64,000 nucleotides of DNA, taken from contig JAWCLG010000002.1 in assembly GCA_038851075.1 (NCBI GenBank), forward strand, positions 49,098 through 113,097, read 5' to 3'. A model generated the notes under the pieces. The model saw only the letters and a program-made list of their open reading frames with translations. It was not told the origin of the DNA and did no database searches. Origin of the DNA: Candidatus Hadarchaeales archaeon (GTDB taxonomy: Archaea > Hadarchaeota > Hadarchaeia > Hadarchaeales > Hadarchaeaceae). This document shows positions 63,811 through 64,000 of the stretch, in pieces (positions within the stretch are counted from its first letter, which is position 1; each line of letters starts with the position of its first letter). Made by a program: the position numbers and the translations under genes.

Positions 63811-64000
63811 ATGACAGATAAAATTCTGATAGACAACGGAATTGTCCTCACAATGAACCACAGGCGAGAGATAATCAGGAATGGTTCCGTTCTTGTCGAG
63901 GGAAATAGAATAGTTGAAGTCGGCGAAGCTGATACGCTGAAAAAGAAGCATGCACCTGACACCGTCATAGATGCAAGGGACAAGGTTGTGATGCCGGGTC
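63811..64000 (+). CDS. Second MTA/SAH-deaminase-family amidohydrolase (3'-truncated by window)
   Basis: GGAGG then ATG 63811, MTDKILIDNGIVLTMN...VVMPG, same as the 53919 gene. Confidence 0.85.
   Translation, partial: MTDKILIDNGIVLTMNHRREIIRNGSVLVEGNRIVEVGEADTLKKKHAPDTVIDARDKVVMPG
63817..64000 (+). repeat. Direct repeat copy 2 (runs to window end)
   Basis: Matches 53925-54108 with one mismatch. Confidence 0.95.

Noticed and set aside
44152-64000. Integrated mobile element at tRNA-Trp
   Set aside because: No integrase, transposase or repeat of the tRNA 3' end seen in the window

Overview
Gene-dense archaeal chromosomal window; PolD, GINS23 and LipS1/LipS2 point to a euryarchaeal-type lineage, possibly Hadarchaeia (inference only). 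1-20 kb: Hef-like helicase, beta-propeller surface protein, antiporter plus CBS protein, tRNA-Pro(CGG), an Orc1/Cdc6 paralog at the end of a ~10.8-kb minus-strand run (macrodomain, ABC exporter, LplB/LplA, LipS1/LipS2, GcvH, GcvPA/PB, NAD-kinase-like), MinD, a PKD-GH16 glucanase and TyrRS. 20-24 kb is the most unusual part: an ORB-containing AT-rich origin-like locus lies between a degenerate LAGLIDADG-like ORF and a primase (AEP/PriS)-like ORF lacking its catalytic residues, followed by an unassigned ~276-nt structured RNA upstream of a radical SAM gene. 24-44 kb: threonine/glycine genes, a second mini-ORB cluster, the replication cluster (mcm, gins23, cdc6, DP1, HAD, DP2), tRNA-Ser(CGA), a free-standing MCM-type winged helix, a TFB paralog and intron-containing tRNA-Trp. 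44-64 kb: catabolic region with three tungsten AOR-family oxidoreductases, a Cys-less thiolase plus DUF35, a nucleoside-type ABC importer, amidohydrolases, cyclase, DUF1116, ADH and TenA. No CRISPR array, rRNA, integrase or transposase was seen. All calls come from motif recognition by eye; no searches were run.
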